Source: Candidatus Tayloriibacteriota bacterium
Lineage (GTDB): Bacteria > Patescibacteriota > Minisyncoccia > Phycocordibacterales > SIBU01
Assembly (NCBI GenBank): GCA_016188455.1
Contig: JACPHR010000007.1
Span: 1 to 56,046, forward strand
Reading direction: 5' to 3'
DNA length: 56,046 bases
Shown piece by piece: positions 39,835 through 49,423 of the stretch (the first letter of the stretch is position 1; every line of letters starts with the position of its first letter). A model generated the notes under the pieces. The model saw only the letters and a program-made list of their open reading frames with translations. It had not been told where the DNA came from and made no database searches. Made by a program: the position numbers and the translations under genes.

Positions 39835-40344
39835 CTAAAATTTGCAAGAAAGGCCGACACCAGTTAAAACGCGTCCCCCTACGGCGCTGGGAGAATCCCA
39901 GACGAATACGGGAAACAACAACTCCACCCTCGGAGAAAGCCGCCACCGCCTGCCAAAAATATCAGTTTCCTCTTCCCTGCTGGTCAACCGTTCAAGGTGA
40001 ACATAGTAAAGGTTGGGCATCACTTCCTTTGCCGGCAAAATAAGAGGGGTCGGAATTTTTGCTTCAGGAACTTCCACCGGCTTTCGCAACTTGATGCGAA
40101 GAAACTTATTTGTACGAGTATCGGGAAGGCTTGCTCGAGGCCGCGGCGGCAAGGGCGCAAACGACCACTTTGGAATTGCTGCCACTTTTACTACATCGGG
40201 TGTCAGATTAGTCTGACTAGTTTGAAGAGTTTTGGCTCCTTGACACCGCGCTTCCTGCAGCAACAGGAAAACGCTGACCAGTGGGAATATAACACTTTTC
40301 ATAGGTGTCCGAATGGGTTGAAGTTCACTGTCAAAACTGAGCAT
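39835..40344 (-). CDS. Hypothetical secreted protein; start uncertain
   Basis: Signal-like MKSVIFPLVSVFLLL; C-terminus ends in F. Confidence 0.5.
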   Translation of the reverse strand: MLSFDSELQPIRTPMKSVIFPLVSVFLLLQEARCQGAKTLQTSQTNLTPDVVKVAAIPKWSFAPLPPRPRASLPDTRTNKFLRIKLRKPVEVPEAKIPTPLILPAKEVMPNLYYVHLERLTSREEETDIFGRRWRLSPRVELLFPVFVWDSPSAVGGRVLTGVGLSCKF

Positions 40345-40406
40345 GATTGTACCACAAAGAAAGAACCCGCTCCGTTTTTGAAACGGAACGGCAAGAAAGT
40401 CAATTT

Positions 40407-40694
40407 TGGTGCCGGTGAATGGAGTCGCACCATTTTTTAGGGTTTACCCCCACACCAAACATTCGTTATGGTGTGGGGGTTTACTCGCCCGCCTAAATTT
40501 TGATTAGTGACGGAGGTGGGGATCGAACCCACGACCCCGGGCTTATGAGTCCCGTGCTCTACCGACTGAGCTACTCCGTCAAAATTTGGTCTGGTGAATC
40601 CCTCGTTCCCTGCCCTGTACCGAGCTTGGCTCTGGTACTGGGGTACTGTTGCCTGCCCGCCGTAGCTTTATGCGAAGGCGGGAACTACACCGGC
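40407..40694 (-). pseudogene. tRNA(CAT) interrupted by multiple palindromic insertions
   Basis: Removing the inserts gives GCCGGTG TA GTTC AACAGTA GAAC G AGGGA TTCATAA ACCCT AAAA AATGG TGCGACT CCATT CACCGGC A CCA. Confidence 0.72.
40508..40580 (-). tRNA. tRNA(CAT), elongator Met or Ile2, intact, nested
   Basis: GACGGAG/CTCCGTC acceptor stem; CTCATAA loop; GTGGG-TTCGATC-CCCAC T arm. Confidence 0.9.
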
Positions 40695-40830
40695 AATGTT
40701 CACAAAATAACACAACTGTCGGCCTTATTCAATCATTTGTTAATATCTCTTAACGCTTCTCTCTATAATATGGCAGTGCAATTAATACTCTTGATTTGCG
40801 GATAAGAATATGCAATACTACTGGAGTTAT

Positions 40831-40901
40831 AGCGGGGTAGAGTAACAGTAATTCGCAAGGCTCATAACCTTGAGATCCCCGTGCAAATCGGGGCCCCGCA
40901 A
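40831..40901 (+). tRNA. tRNA-Met(CAT), initiator-like
   Basis: 1:72 mismatch (A/A), GCGGGG/CCCCGC stem, CAAGG-CTCATAA-CCTTG; atypical D loop AACAGTA and T loop TGCAAAT. Confidence 0.8.
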
Positions 40902-40949
40902 CAAGCAAAGGAAAAATGCCCTGCCCAGGGCATTTTTCCTTTGCTTGTT
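40900..40949. terminator. Perfect inverted repeat with 24-bp arms after tRNA-fMet
   Basis: aacaagcaaaggaaaaatgccctg-cc-cagggcatttttcctttgcttgtt. Confidence 0.7.
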
Positions 40950-41285
40950 TGCTTTCTTACTTTGAATTACGAAACTGGCGCTTCAAGAACTTCCTCCCGC
41001 TTGCCCCAACGCCAATTTAACAAAACAGATATGCAGTGATTGTCGCGTGTCCATACCCGCCTCTCTCGTCAAAACCCCTCGCGCATCTTTGGTGAAATTG
41101 GTGCGGGGACTTGCCTCAGTCCGGACAAGGCGCGCGGTTTCTTACTTCGTACATTCGTACCGATTCGCCCGCCTGCCATCGCCCAAAGCAACTTACAATA
41201 TGCGTACACGGTTACAGTGTTATAAACATTTTTATTCATCCTATCACTGCTTGTTGCTCCGGCTTTGGCGGGCAGGTAATTCGCA

Positions 41286-41894
41286 TTACATATAATGAAA
41301 TTCCTTGAACACCTCCTCGTAGAGGCCGACTACTCTTCTCGCTTCGCGGTCGGTAATTTGAAAATTGCTGCCCTCGTGGGCAATGGCGTTTCTGACGCGG
41401 TGCGCTTCCCAGGCTTTGTCAATGGTCAAGAAATCGCTTTTCTCCACGGCTTTAAGTTTGTCGCTTACAGTCTCGCCGTGGTAACTCATCTTGGTGAGCA
41501 TCTCGTCAAGAATGATGTCGCACTCAAGAATAGAGAGTCGCCAATCGCTCGGGTTTGCCGAATCAATGTGTTGCGTGATTTTCTGCCAACGAGCGCTTGA
41601 AGGCTTTAGAGCTTCAGCCGCCCCCGAGACGCGCCCTACGGCATGAGATTCGACTCCGCTGTAACCTCGGACTTTCTCCGTCACCTCCAGCATAATCGCC
41701 CGCGTGCGGATTATGGCATAAATAATGCCGGTCAGAAAGAAAAGCGACAGCAAAATGGACAAGGGTTTGATAAATGAGAGAATGGCGGCCATCAGGGCAA
41801 GGAACGAATCCCCGCTGGGAAAATACTGGCCGGTCAGCAGGTCGTAAATCTTCTGAAAAACGTAGGCGAGATTGAAAAAATTAGTGGATTGCAT
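41286..41894 (-). CDS. Conserved hypothetical membrane-anchored protein
   Basis: TM helix, then RWQKI...DWRLSILECD...AWEAHRVRNAIAHE. Confidence 0.75.
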   Translation of the reverse strand: MQSTNFFNLAYVFQKIYDLLTGQYFPSGDSFLALMAAILSFIKPLSILLSLFFLTGIIYAIIRTRAIMLEVTEKVRGYSGVESHAVGRVSGAAEALKPSSARWQKITQHIDSANPSDWRLSILECDIILDEMLTKMSYHGETVSDKLKAVEKSDFLTIDKAWEAHRVRNAIAHEGSNFQITDREARRVVGLYEEVFKEFHYM

Positions 41895-41911
41895 GATGTT
41901 GGATTATTAAA

Positions 41912-43378
41912 TTATTGGCCGCCGAAAGCTCTCCCGATGGCAAACAACGTCGCCTCACCGCCAGCCGGAGCCATGAATTGCAGACCGAGCGGCAGTTGCC
42001 TGCCGGCCACTGCCGCAAAACCCGACGGCACCGAAATGGCCGGCAAGCTCGCGATATTGGCGCTGACCGTAAAAATGTCGCCGAGATACATGGCTAAAGG
42101 GTCGCTTGACTTGTCGCCGAGCTTAAAAGCGGGTGTGGGCGTGGTAGGAGTGGCGACAACGTCGACCGTCTCAAAGACCCTCGCAAAATCCGCCGTGATC
42201 ACTTCGCGGGCGTTGACCGCCTTATTGTAATAGGCGTCGTAATAACCCGAGGAAAGCACGTGCGTGCCTAAAATAATCCGCCGGCGGACTTCGCGGCCAA
42301 AACCCGCGCCTCGCGACAGCCGGTAATCCTCCAGAAGATTTTCCCCGGCCTTGTGAAAGCCGTATTTCACGCCGTCAAAACGGGCCAGGTTGGCGGAAGC
42401 TTCCGCGGGCATGATGATGTAATAGGCGGCCAGAGCGTAACCGACGGTCGGCAGAGAAATATCTTGAATCTGATGCCCGAGCTTTTTCAAAGTCGCCAGA
42501 GATTGATTAAAATTGGCCAAAACTTCCTTATCCACCCCTTGGCTTTCGGTAAAAGCTCTCGGCACGCCAACAACTAAACTTTTGACTTTTGACTTTTGAA
42601 TTTTGACTTCGGTTGAGGTGCTGTCCATCGAGTCGCGGACTTTGACGCAGTTAAAAATAATTGCCGCGTCCTCCACGGTCTTGGCAATCGGCCCAATTTG
42701 GTCAAGGGATGACGCCATGGCCATCAGGCCGTATCGGGAGACCGCGCCGTAGGTTGGTTTCAAGCCCACCACCCCGCAAAAGCTCGCCGGCTGTCTGATG
42801 GAGCCGCCAGTGTCGGAGCCGAGCGCGGCAAGCGCCATATCCGAGGCAACCGCGGTGGCGGAGCCGCCGGAGGAGCCGCCGGGAACGCGCGACGGGTCGT
42901 GAGGATTTTTCGTCGCGCCATAGGCGGAATTTTCGGTGGAACTGCCCATAGCGAACTCGTCCATGTTTGTCCGACCAAGAAACACCGCTCCGGCTTCTTT
43001 CAGTTTGGCGATAACCGTCGCGTCGTAACTCGCTATGTAATTTTCCAAAATTTTTGAAGCTGAACCGGCGCGGCGGCCTTTAATCAAAATGTTGTCTTTG
43101 ACGGCAAGCGGGATGCCAACTAAGTTGGAAAGTCCGCCCTCACCGAGCGGACTCTGGTCCGTTCGGGCGGGTTTTGAAGTTGGAAAGTTTTGAAGTTTTT
43201 TGTCCGCCTCAGCCGCTTGCTCAAGCACGTCGTCATACACTTCAAGATAGGCGTTGAGTTCTTTATTTTTCTTCGCAATTTCCTCAAGATACGTCTCTGC
43301 CAGCTCCACGGCGGAAAAATCGCCTTTTATCAAAGCTTCATGGGCCTTTTTTATGGTGAGAGTTTTTAAATCAATCAT
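41912..43378 (-). CDS. gatA: Asp/Glu-tRNA amidotransferase subunit A
   Basis: NMDEFAMGSS, PGGSSGGS, GSDTGGSIRQP and SANLARFDG. Confidence 0.96.
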   Translation of the reverse strand: MIDLKTLTIKKAHEALIKGDFSAVELAETYLEEIAKKNKELNAYLEVYDDVLEQAAEADKKLQNFPTSKPARTDQSPLGEGGLSNLVGIPLAVKDNILIKGRRAGSASKILENYIASYDATVIAKLKEAGAVFLGRTNMDEFAMGSSTENSAYGATKNPHDPSRVPGGSSGGSATAVASDMALAALGSDTGGSIRQPASFCGVVGLKPTYGAVSRYGLMAMASSLDQIGPIAKTVEDAAIIFNCVKVRDSMDSTSTEVKIQKSKVKSLVVGVPRAFTESQGVDKEVLANFNQSLATLKKLGHQIQDISLPTVGYALAAYYIIMPAEASANLARFDGVKYGFHKAGENLLEDYRLSRGAGFGREVRRRIILGTHVLSSGYYDAYYNKAVNAREVITADFARVFETVDVVATPTTPTPAFKLGDKSSDPLAMYLGDIFTVSANIASLPAISVPSGFAAVAGRQLPLGLQFMAPAGGEATLFAIGRAFGGQ

Positions 43379-43381
43379 AAC

Positions 43382-43478
43382 TAATTTAAAATTGAAAAAT
43401 CAAAATGTAAAATGACACTGTAAAATCTTAAAATTTTCAATTTTGGATTGTAATTTTGATTTTTGATATTTACATTTT
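43382..43478. repeat. AT-rich inverted heptamer arrays between gatC and gatA (no gene inside)
   Basis: aaaatt/aaaatg units followed by complementary attttg/attttc units. Confidence 0.6.
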
Positions 43479-43761
43479 AAAGTATTTTCTTGACGCGAAT
43501 ATAATTCCCTTCCCGCTTCGGCGCGGCGGAAAGCAGAGCTTCGGTATGAATGCCGCTCTCGTGCGGATTGGCGTCCTCCCGCATGACATTGCGAAGCAAA
43601 CCGGCCTTTTTTTCGGCAGACCCGTTGCCGGAAACTTTTTGCACTTGTTCCACATAACCCAAAATGGCATCCATATCTTTGCGCAAAGCCTCTTTCTCCT
43701 CCGGTGGCAAAGCGATGCGGCTCAACGCCGCCAAGTTTTCAATTTCTTTGAGACTAATCAT
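43477..43761 (-). CDS. gatC: Asp/Glu-tRNA amidotransferase subunit C
   Basis: LAALSRI, ILGYVEQ and NVMRED; start ATG overlaps the RT stop (ATGA). Confidence 0.9.
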   Translation of the reverse strand: MISLKEIENLAALSRIALPPEEKEALRKDMDAILGYVEQVQKVSGNGSAEKKAGLLRNVMREDANPHESGIHTEALLSAAPKREGNYIRVKKIL

Positions 43762-44774
43762 GGCTCTATGGTAACATCTCGCCCACATATTTTCAAAATC
43801 CGATTTTGTAGCCTAAAACCACTGCAGTGCGATAGAACTCCATGGTAAGATGCCAAAGATTTCAAACTGACCAGCCTAATAATCCGCCGCGCCGTTCTTG
43901 TCCGCAACACCTTATAATGCGGCAGAGAAACATAACCTAAAAAATCAACGCCTTGATGTAATTTTCTAATTTCAATTTTCCTCGGGTGCAGTTCTAAATA
44001 CAGTTTTTCTCCTAGAAATCGCTGAAGTTCCAAAATATATACTTCAAGATGATGGTGTGAGTCATCAAGAATCACGATATCATCGCAATATCTTATATAA
44101 TGTTTCGTCTTGAGTCTGTGTTTCGCAAATTGGTCAAGTTCGTTGAGATATATGTTTGCAAAGAGCTGGCTCGTTACGTTGCCAAGTGGCAAACCCTTAC
44201 TGTCCGAGACCTGAAACGAAGCAACAATTTTCTTGATAAGTTCAAATAGTTTCAAGTCGGAAACCTTTCTAGCCACAAGGAAAAGCAATACTTTATGGTC
44301 AACTGAATCAAAAAACTTTTTGATGTCGCATTTGAGCGCAAAACCTTGCTTCCTAGAGTTTTTCGTGACTTTTCGTGCAAATGATTCAAAACGCGTAACA
44401 GCCCGATGCGTGCCTTTGCCATTGCGCGAAGAGTAAGAATCATGTATAAATCCGTCATCAAACAGAAAATAAAGAGAACTATAAACGGCTTGATACAAAA
44501 CCCTGTCGCGGACACTCGCTTTGTGAATCAGGCGGAGTTTTGGGTCTTGAACGCAAAACGCTGTATATGGGTCGGGCTTCCAAGCGCCGTAAACCAGCTC
44601 ACGATGAAGAGCAAACAAATTTTCTTCCAAATGCAGTTCAAACTCGGCCACGTCCCGCTTGGAACGTTTGCCTCTGCGAAACTCCTTCCACGCCACCAAT
44701 AAATTTTCAAGAGAAATTACATCACAAAAATTAACTTTATGACGCCCCCCGACAGCACTTTGCCGATTATCCAT
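43758..44774 (-). CDS. DGR reverse transcriptase
   Basis: DPKLRLI, VRDRV, CDIKKFF, GLPLGNVTSQLFAN (DGR-type GxxxSQ), RYCDD and VDFLGY; 338 aa with no endonuclease domain. Confidence 0.95.
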   Translation of the reverse strand: MDNRQSAVGGRHKVNFCDVISLENLLVAWKEFRRGKRSKRDVAEFELHLEENLFALHRELVYGAWKPDPYTAFCVQDPKLRLIHKASVRDRVLYQAVYSSLYFLFDDGFIHDSYSSRNGKGTHRAVTRFESFARKVTKNSRKQGFALKCDIKKFFDSVDHKVLLFLVARKVSDLKLFELIKKIVASFQVSDSKGLPLGNVTSQLFANIYLNELDQFAKHRLKTKHYIRYCDDIVILDDSHHHLEVYILELQRFLGEKLYLELHPRKIEIRKLHQGVDFLGYVSLPHYKVLRTRTARRIIRLVSLKSLASYHGVLSHCSGFRLQNRILKICGRDVTIEP

Positions 44775-45104
44775 GCGATTAGAATACTACACAAAGACCT
44801 GTATTGCATCGCAGGAAAACTCTCAAAGCGAGACAAGCTCGGTCTCCATGCTCGTGTAGAGACTTCTTGTATAGAAATTCTCGGACTAGCCGTAGAAGCC
44901 GCTTTCAAACCAAAAACTCAAAAAATCGGGTCTCTTGAATCTTTGCGAATCAAAGTGGAAATTCTTAAACATCTCATTCGCACCGAGCACGAGCTCGAAA
45001 TCATAGATGTTAAAACTTATCTTCGTCTTTCCGAAAAACTGGTTAAAATTTCAAAAATGACAAATGGTTGGATCAATTTTGTCACGCAAAAAGGAGCAGT
45101 ATAG
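44739..45104 (+). CDS. avd: DGR accessory variability determinant (Avd-like four-helix bundle)
   Basis: 121-aa basic helical protein, LSKRDKLGL...LKHLIR...ISKMTNGW; lies between TR and RT. Confidence 0.82.
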   Translation: MTPPDSTLPIIHAIRILHKDLYCIAGKLSKRDKLGLHARVETSCIEILGLAVEAAFKPKTQKIGSLESLRIKVEILKHLIRTEHELEIIDVKTYLRLSEKLVKISKMTNGWINFVTQKGAV

Positions 45105-45126
45105 CTCCTTTGGTTGCGAGAAATTT

Positions 45127-45240
45127 CTCGGCGAAACCGCAAGTTGTCGTTTGCGTTGCTCGGATTCCAGTAGTTGACGTTGACATTGCCATCGTTATTG
45201 AGGTTCACGCTCGGCACATTGCCGTCAACATTGCGGGAAC
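45127..45240 (-). ncRNA. DGR template repeat (TR)
   Basis: 114-nt ungapped match to VR; 12 AAY codons in the VR frame. Confidence 0.95.
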
Positions 45241-45418
45241 GTACTGCCCGGTTTCTTCCTGTTCACCAGATACCATTTTCACAGTATCTTGAGTTATGCA
45301 CCCCCGAGGTATATCCGGCATAGTATAAAATCGGGCAGGCAATTTCTATAAATGACCAATCGTTATTCCGCGTTGCGGAACCGATTGCACAGTCACAGCT
45401 TTATTATATAAAAAGAAA

Positions 45419-45459
45419 ATCCCTCTTCGCAAATCTTTTGAAGATTTTTGAAGAGGGAT
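45419..45459 (-). promoter_or_regulatory. Hairpin downstream of VR (candidate DGR homing cruciform and/or terminator)
   Basis: atccctcttc-gc-aaatctt-ttg-aagattt-tt-gaagagggat, about 39 nt after the VR end. Confidence 0.7.
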
Positions 45460-45486
45460 GCAAGGGAACAAGGCACAAGGTCAAAG

Positions 45487-46266
45487 CTAAACGATTGCTC
45501 GGCGAAACCGCAAGCTGCCGCCTGCGTCGCCCGGATCCCAGCCGCGGACGCCGACATCGCCATCGCCATCGAGGCCCACGCTCGGCACAACGCCGCCAAC
45601 ATCGCGGGAACCGGGACAAAGAGTAATAACTGTTCGGTCCAGATGCTCTTTTCGCTCTAGGAGATAGACATCCCCGTCAACCAAGCGCTCCGGCAGTGTT
45701 GTGGTAATCCAACCTCGGTCCCAGGTGTCTTGACTTGAAAGGTTTTTCTTCTGCTCTTCATCAAAACCATCAGGGGCCTCGGAAACATCTGCGACCCAGA
45801 TACCGTAAGTACCACTACGGATATGTTGGGGAATGCCGGCATTAAGATTATCCGTCCACTGCCACCATTTATCGGCACAGCGTTTTTTGTAAACGCTTGC
45901 GATGCGCTGCGGCCGATTTGAAACATCGGCGTGCATAAGGATGAGGCGGGCCGGATACGCGTGAGGTGTAGGAATTTCCGTCTCGCCCAGAGAGCATGTA
46001 ATGCCGTACCAGTCACGGTAGTATTTCTGCCAGCGCTCGGCTTCCGGGTGTGGAATGATTATCCGCTTGGGAAGCAGGAGCTCTAAAGCAGCCGCCACCG
46101 CCTCGGTGATGACCGAAGATTGCCCGACAAATTGCTGGGCATAAGCGGGCGGCAATCGCCTCAAAAAAGGCGTAACGCCGCGCAGAGCGGCAGAGTTGAT
46201 TTCTTGGATTTGTCCCGGATCAATGCCGAGAGCCGGTTGTTTTTCTAAGACGCTCGCATTTTTCAT
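45487..46266 (-). CDS. DGR target protein (C-terminal variable region; CLec-like fold inferred)
   Basis: VR encodes the C-terminal SRDVGGVVPSVGLDGDGDVGVRGWDPGDAGGSLRFRR; no signal peptide or TM segment. Confidence 0.92.
   Translation of the reverse strand: MKNASVLEKQPALGIDPGQIQEINSAALRGVTPFLRRLPPAYAQQFVGQSSVITEAVAAALELLLPKRIIIPHPEAERWQKYYRDWYGITCSLGETEIPTPHAYPARLILMHADVSNRPQRIASVYKKRCADKWWQWTDNLNAGIPQHIRSGTYGIWVADVSEAPDGFDEEQKKNLSSQDTWDRGWITTTLPERLVDGDVYLLERKEHLDRTVITLCPGSRDVGGVVPSVGLDGDGDVGVRGWDPGDAGGSLRFRRAIV
45498..45611 (-). repeat. DGR variable repeat (VR)
   Basis: 23 mismatches to TR, 22 of them at TR adenines. Confidence 0.95.
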
Positions 46267-46324
46267 ACGCGCTTCCTTTCTTATGTTCTCCGGCGAGCCG
46301 CATCTGCGACCGCTTTGTGTTTAA

Positions 46325-46375
46325 GCCGGGGAATTTTGTCCTGAACATCTTATGTGAAGGACAAAATTCCCCGGC
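46325..46375. promoter_or_regulatory. Hairpin with an 18-bp stem in the predicted 5' UTR of the DGR target
   Basis: gccggggaattttgtcct...aggacaaaattccccggc. Confidence 0.6.
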
Positions 46376-46412
46376 CAACCTTTGTTTGCAAGGTACTCCA
46401 ATAACTAGAACA

Positions 46413-46441
46413 AGTTTAACGCAATACTATTATTTTGTCAA
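46413..46441 (-). promoter_or_regulatory. Sigma70-type promoter facing the DGR target
   Basis: TTGACA-N17-TAAACT on the minus strand. Confidence 0.65.
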
Positions 46442-46444
46442 TAT

Positions 46445-46478
46445 ACATACATTATTCACTATAGTTTATAATACATGT
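46445..46478. promoter_or_regulatory. Imperfect palindrome containing the -10 box of PaaX-like paralog 2
   Basis: 28/34 identical to 47066-47099; TATAAT at 46467-46472 ends 6 nt before ATG 46479. Confidence 0.7.
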
Positions 46479-47048
46479 ATGGGAATAATGGAAGAAAAAT
46501 CAAGACAGAGGACTCAAAAGCACGTCATCCAAAAAGCCATCCTCAAAATTGTGGCGGCGGCTGGCGTTTTAAGCATAGCTCTTGTCGCTCCAAACGCTTT
46601 GCAGACATTACGCGCGTTCGGCTTTGACCCGCGCAAACGCCGCAACGAAAGCGTCAATAACTCCAGAATACGACTGGTCAAAAACGGCTTGCTGGAATAT
46701 ACCAACAAAGGTCTACTGAGGCTGACGCCTAAGGGCGAGGCGAAACTCCGGCAACTGGAACTCTATGAATACAAAATCAAAAAACCGAAACGGTGGGACA
46801 AAAAGTGGAGAGTGCTTATCTTTGACATTAAGGAAGAAAGGCGGTCTACACGGGACAAAATACGCCGCACCTTGGTTGCCATCGGTTTCCTGCGCTTGCA
46901 GGACAGCGTATGGGTCTATCCCTACGACTGCGAAGACCTCATCACCTTGCTCAAAGCCGATTTCAAAATCGGCAAAGACGTTTTGTACATAATCGCTGAC
47001 TCCATAGAAAACGATTCCTGGCTCAAAAAGCAATTCAACCTGTCTTGA
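46479..47048 (+). CDS. PaaX-like regulator with Cas2-like C-terminal domain, paralog 2
   Basis: Close paralog of 8712-9290 (KKPKRWDKKWRVLIFDI...RLQDSVWVYPYDCEDLI). Confidence 0.8.
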   Translation: MGIMEEKSRQRTQKHVIQKAILKIVAAAGVLSIALVAPNALQTLRAFGFDPRKRRNESVNNSRIRLVKNGLLEYTNKGLLRLTPKGEAKLRQLELYEYKIKKPKRWDKKWRVLIFDIKEERRSTRDKIRRTLVAIGFLRLQDSVWVYPYDCEDLITLLKADFKIGKDVLYIIADSIENDSWLKKQFNLS

Positions 47049-47065
47049 GCCATCTTTACGGTTAT

Positions 47066-47099
47066 ACACGCATTATTCACTATAGTGAATAATGCGTGT
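47066..47099. repeat. Perfect 34-bp palindrome
   Basis: acacgcattattcacta/tagtgaataatgcgtgt. Confidence 0.9.
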
Positions 47100-47193
47100 T
47101 GGAATATATAAGCAACACACAAAGAGTGGCGGCAAACAAAAAGTGCCGCTACCAAGAGACATGCCATGAAAACGAGACCGAGTACTCCGATTT

Positions 47194-49293
<2,100 letters not shown>

Positions 49294-49423
49294 TTAAGAG
49301 CGACCCCTCCCCGCAGAGCAGGGCAGGGTGTTTTATTCGTAGCCATCCGCCCGGATGGATGGGACATTCCCCCATTCGGACAGGTTCGTTGCATTCGTAT
49401 CATTGTTATATTGGTATGTTTGT

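Larger units (their letters stand above)
43758..46266 (-). mobile_element. Diversity-generating retroelement (target/VR - hairpin - TR - avd antisense - RT)
   Basis: RT, Avd-like gene and a TR/VR pair with adenine-specific mismatches. Confidence 0.95.

Noticed and set aside
40990-41125. RNase P RNA suggested by GAGGAAGTTC and GAGGCAAGTCC (minus strand)
   Set aside because: Neither matches GAGGAAAGUCC properly and I could not find the 3' P4 partner; kept only as an unassigned ncRNA candidate.
43758-44774. RT as a group II intron or retron enzyme
   Set aside because: Short, has the GxxxSQ motif, lacks maturase/endonuclease and VTG retron signatures, and lies beside a TR/VR pair.
45017-45217. 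66-aa Asn-rich ORF
   Set aside because: It is the TR read in the VR frame; AAY richness is expected for a non-coding template.
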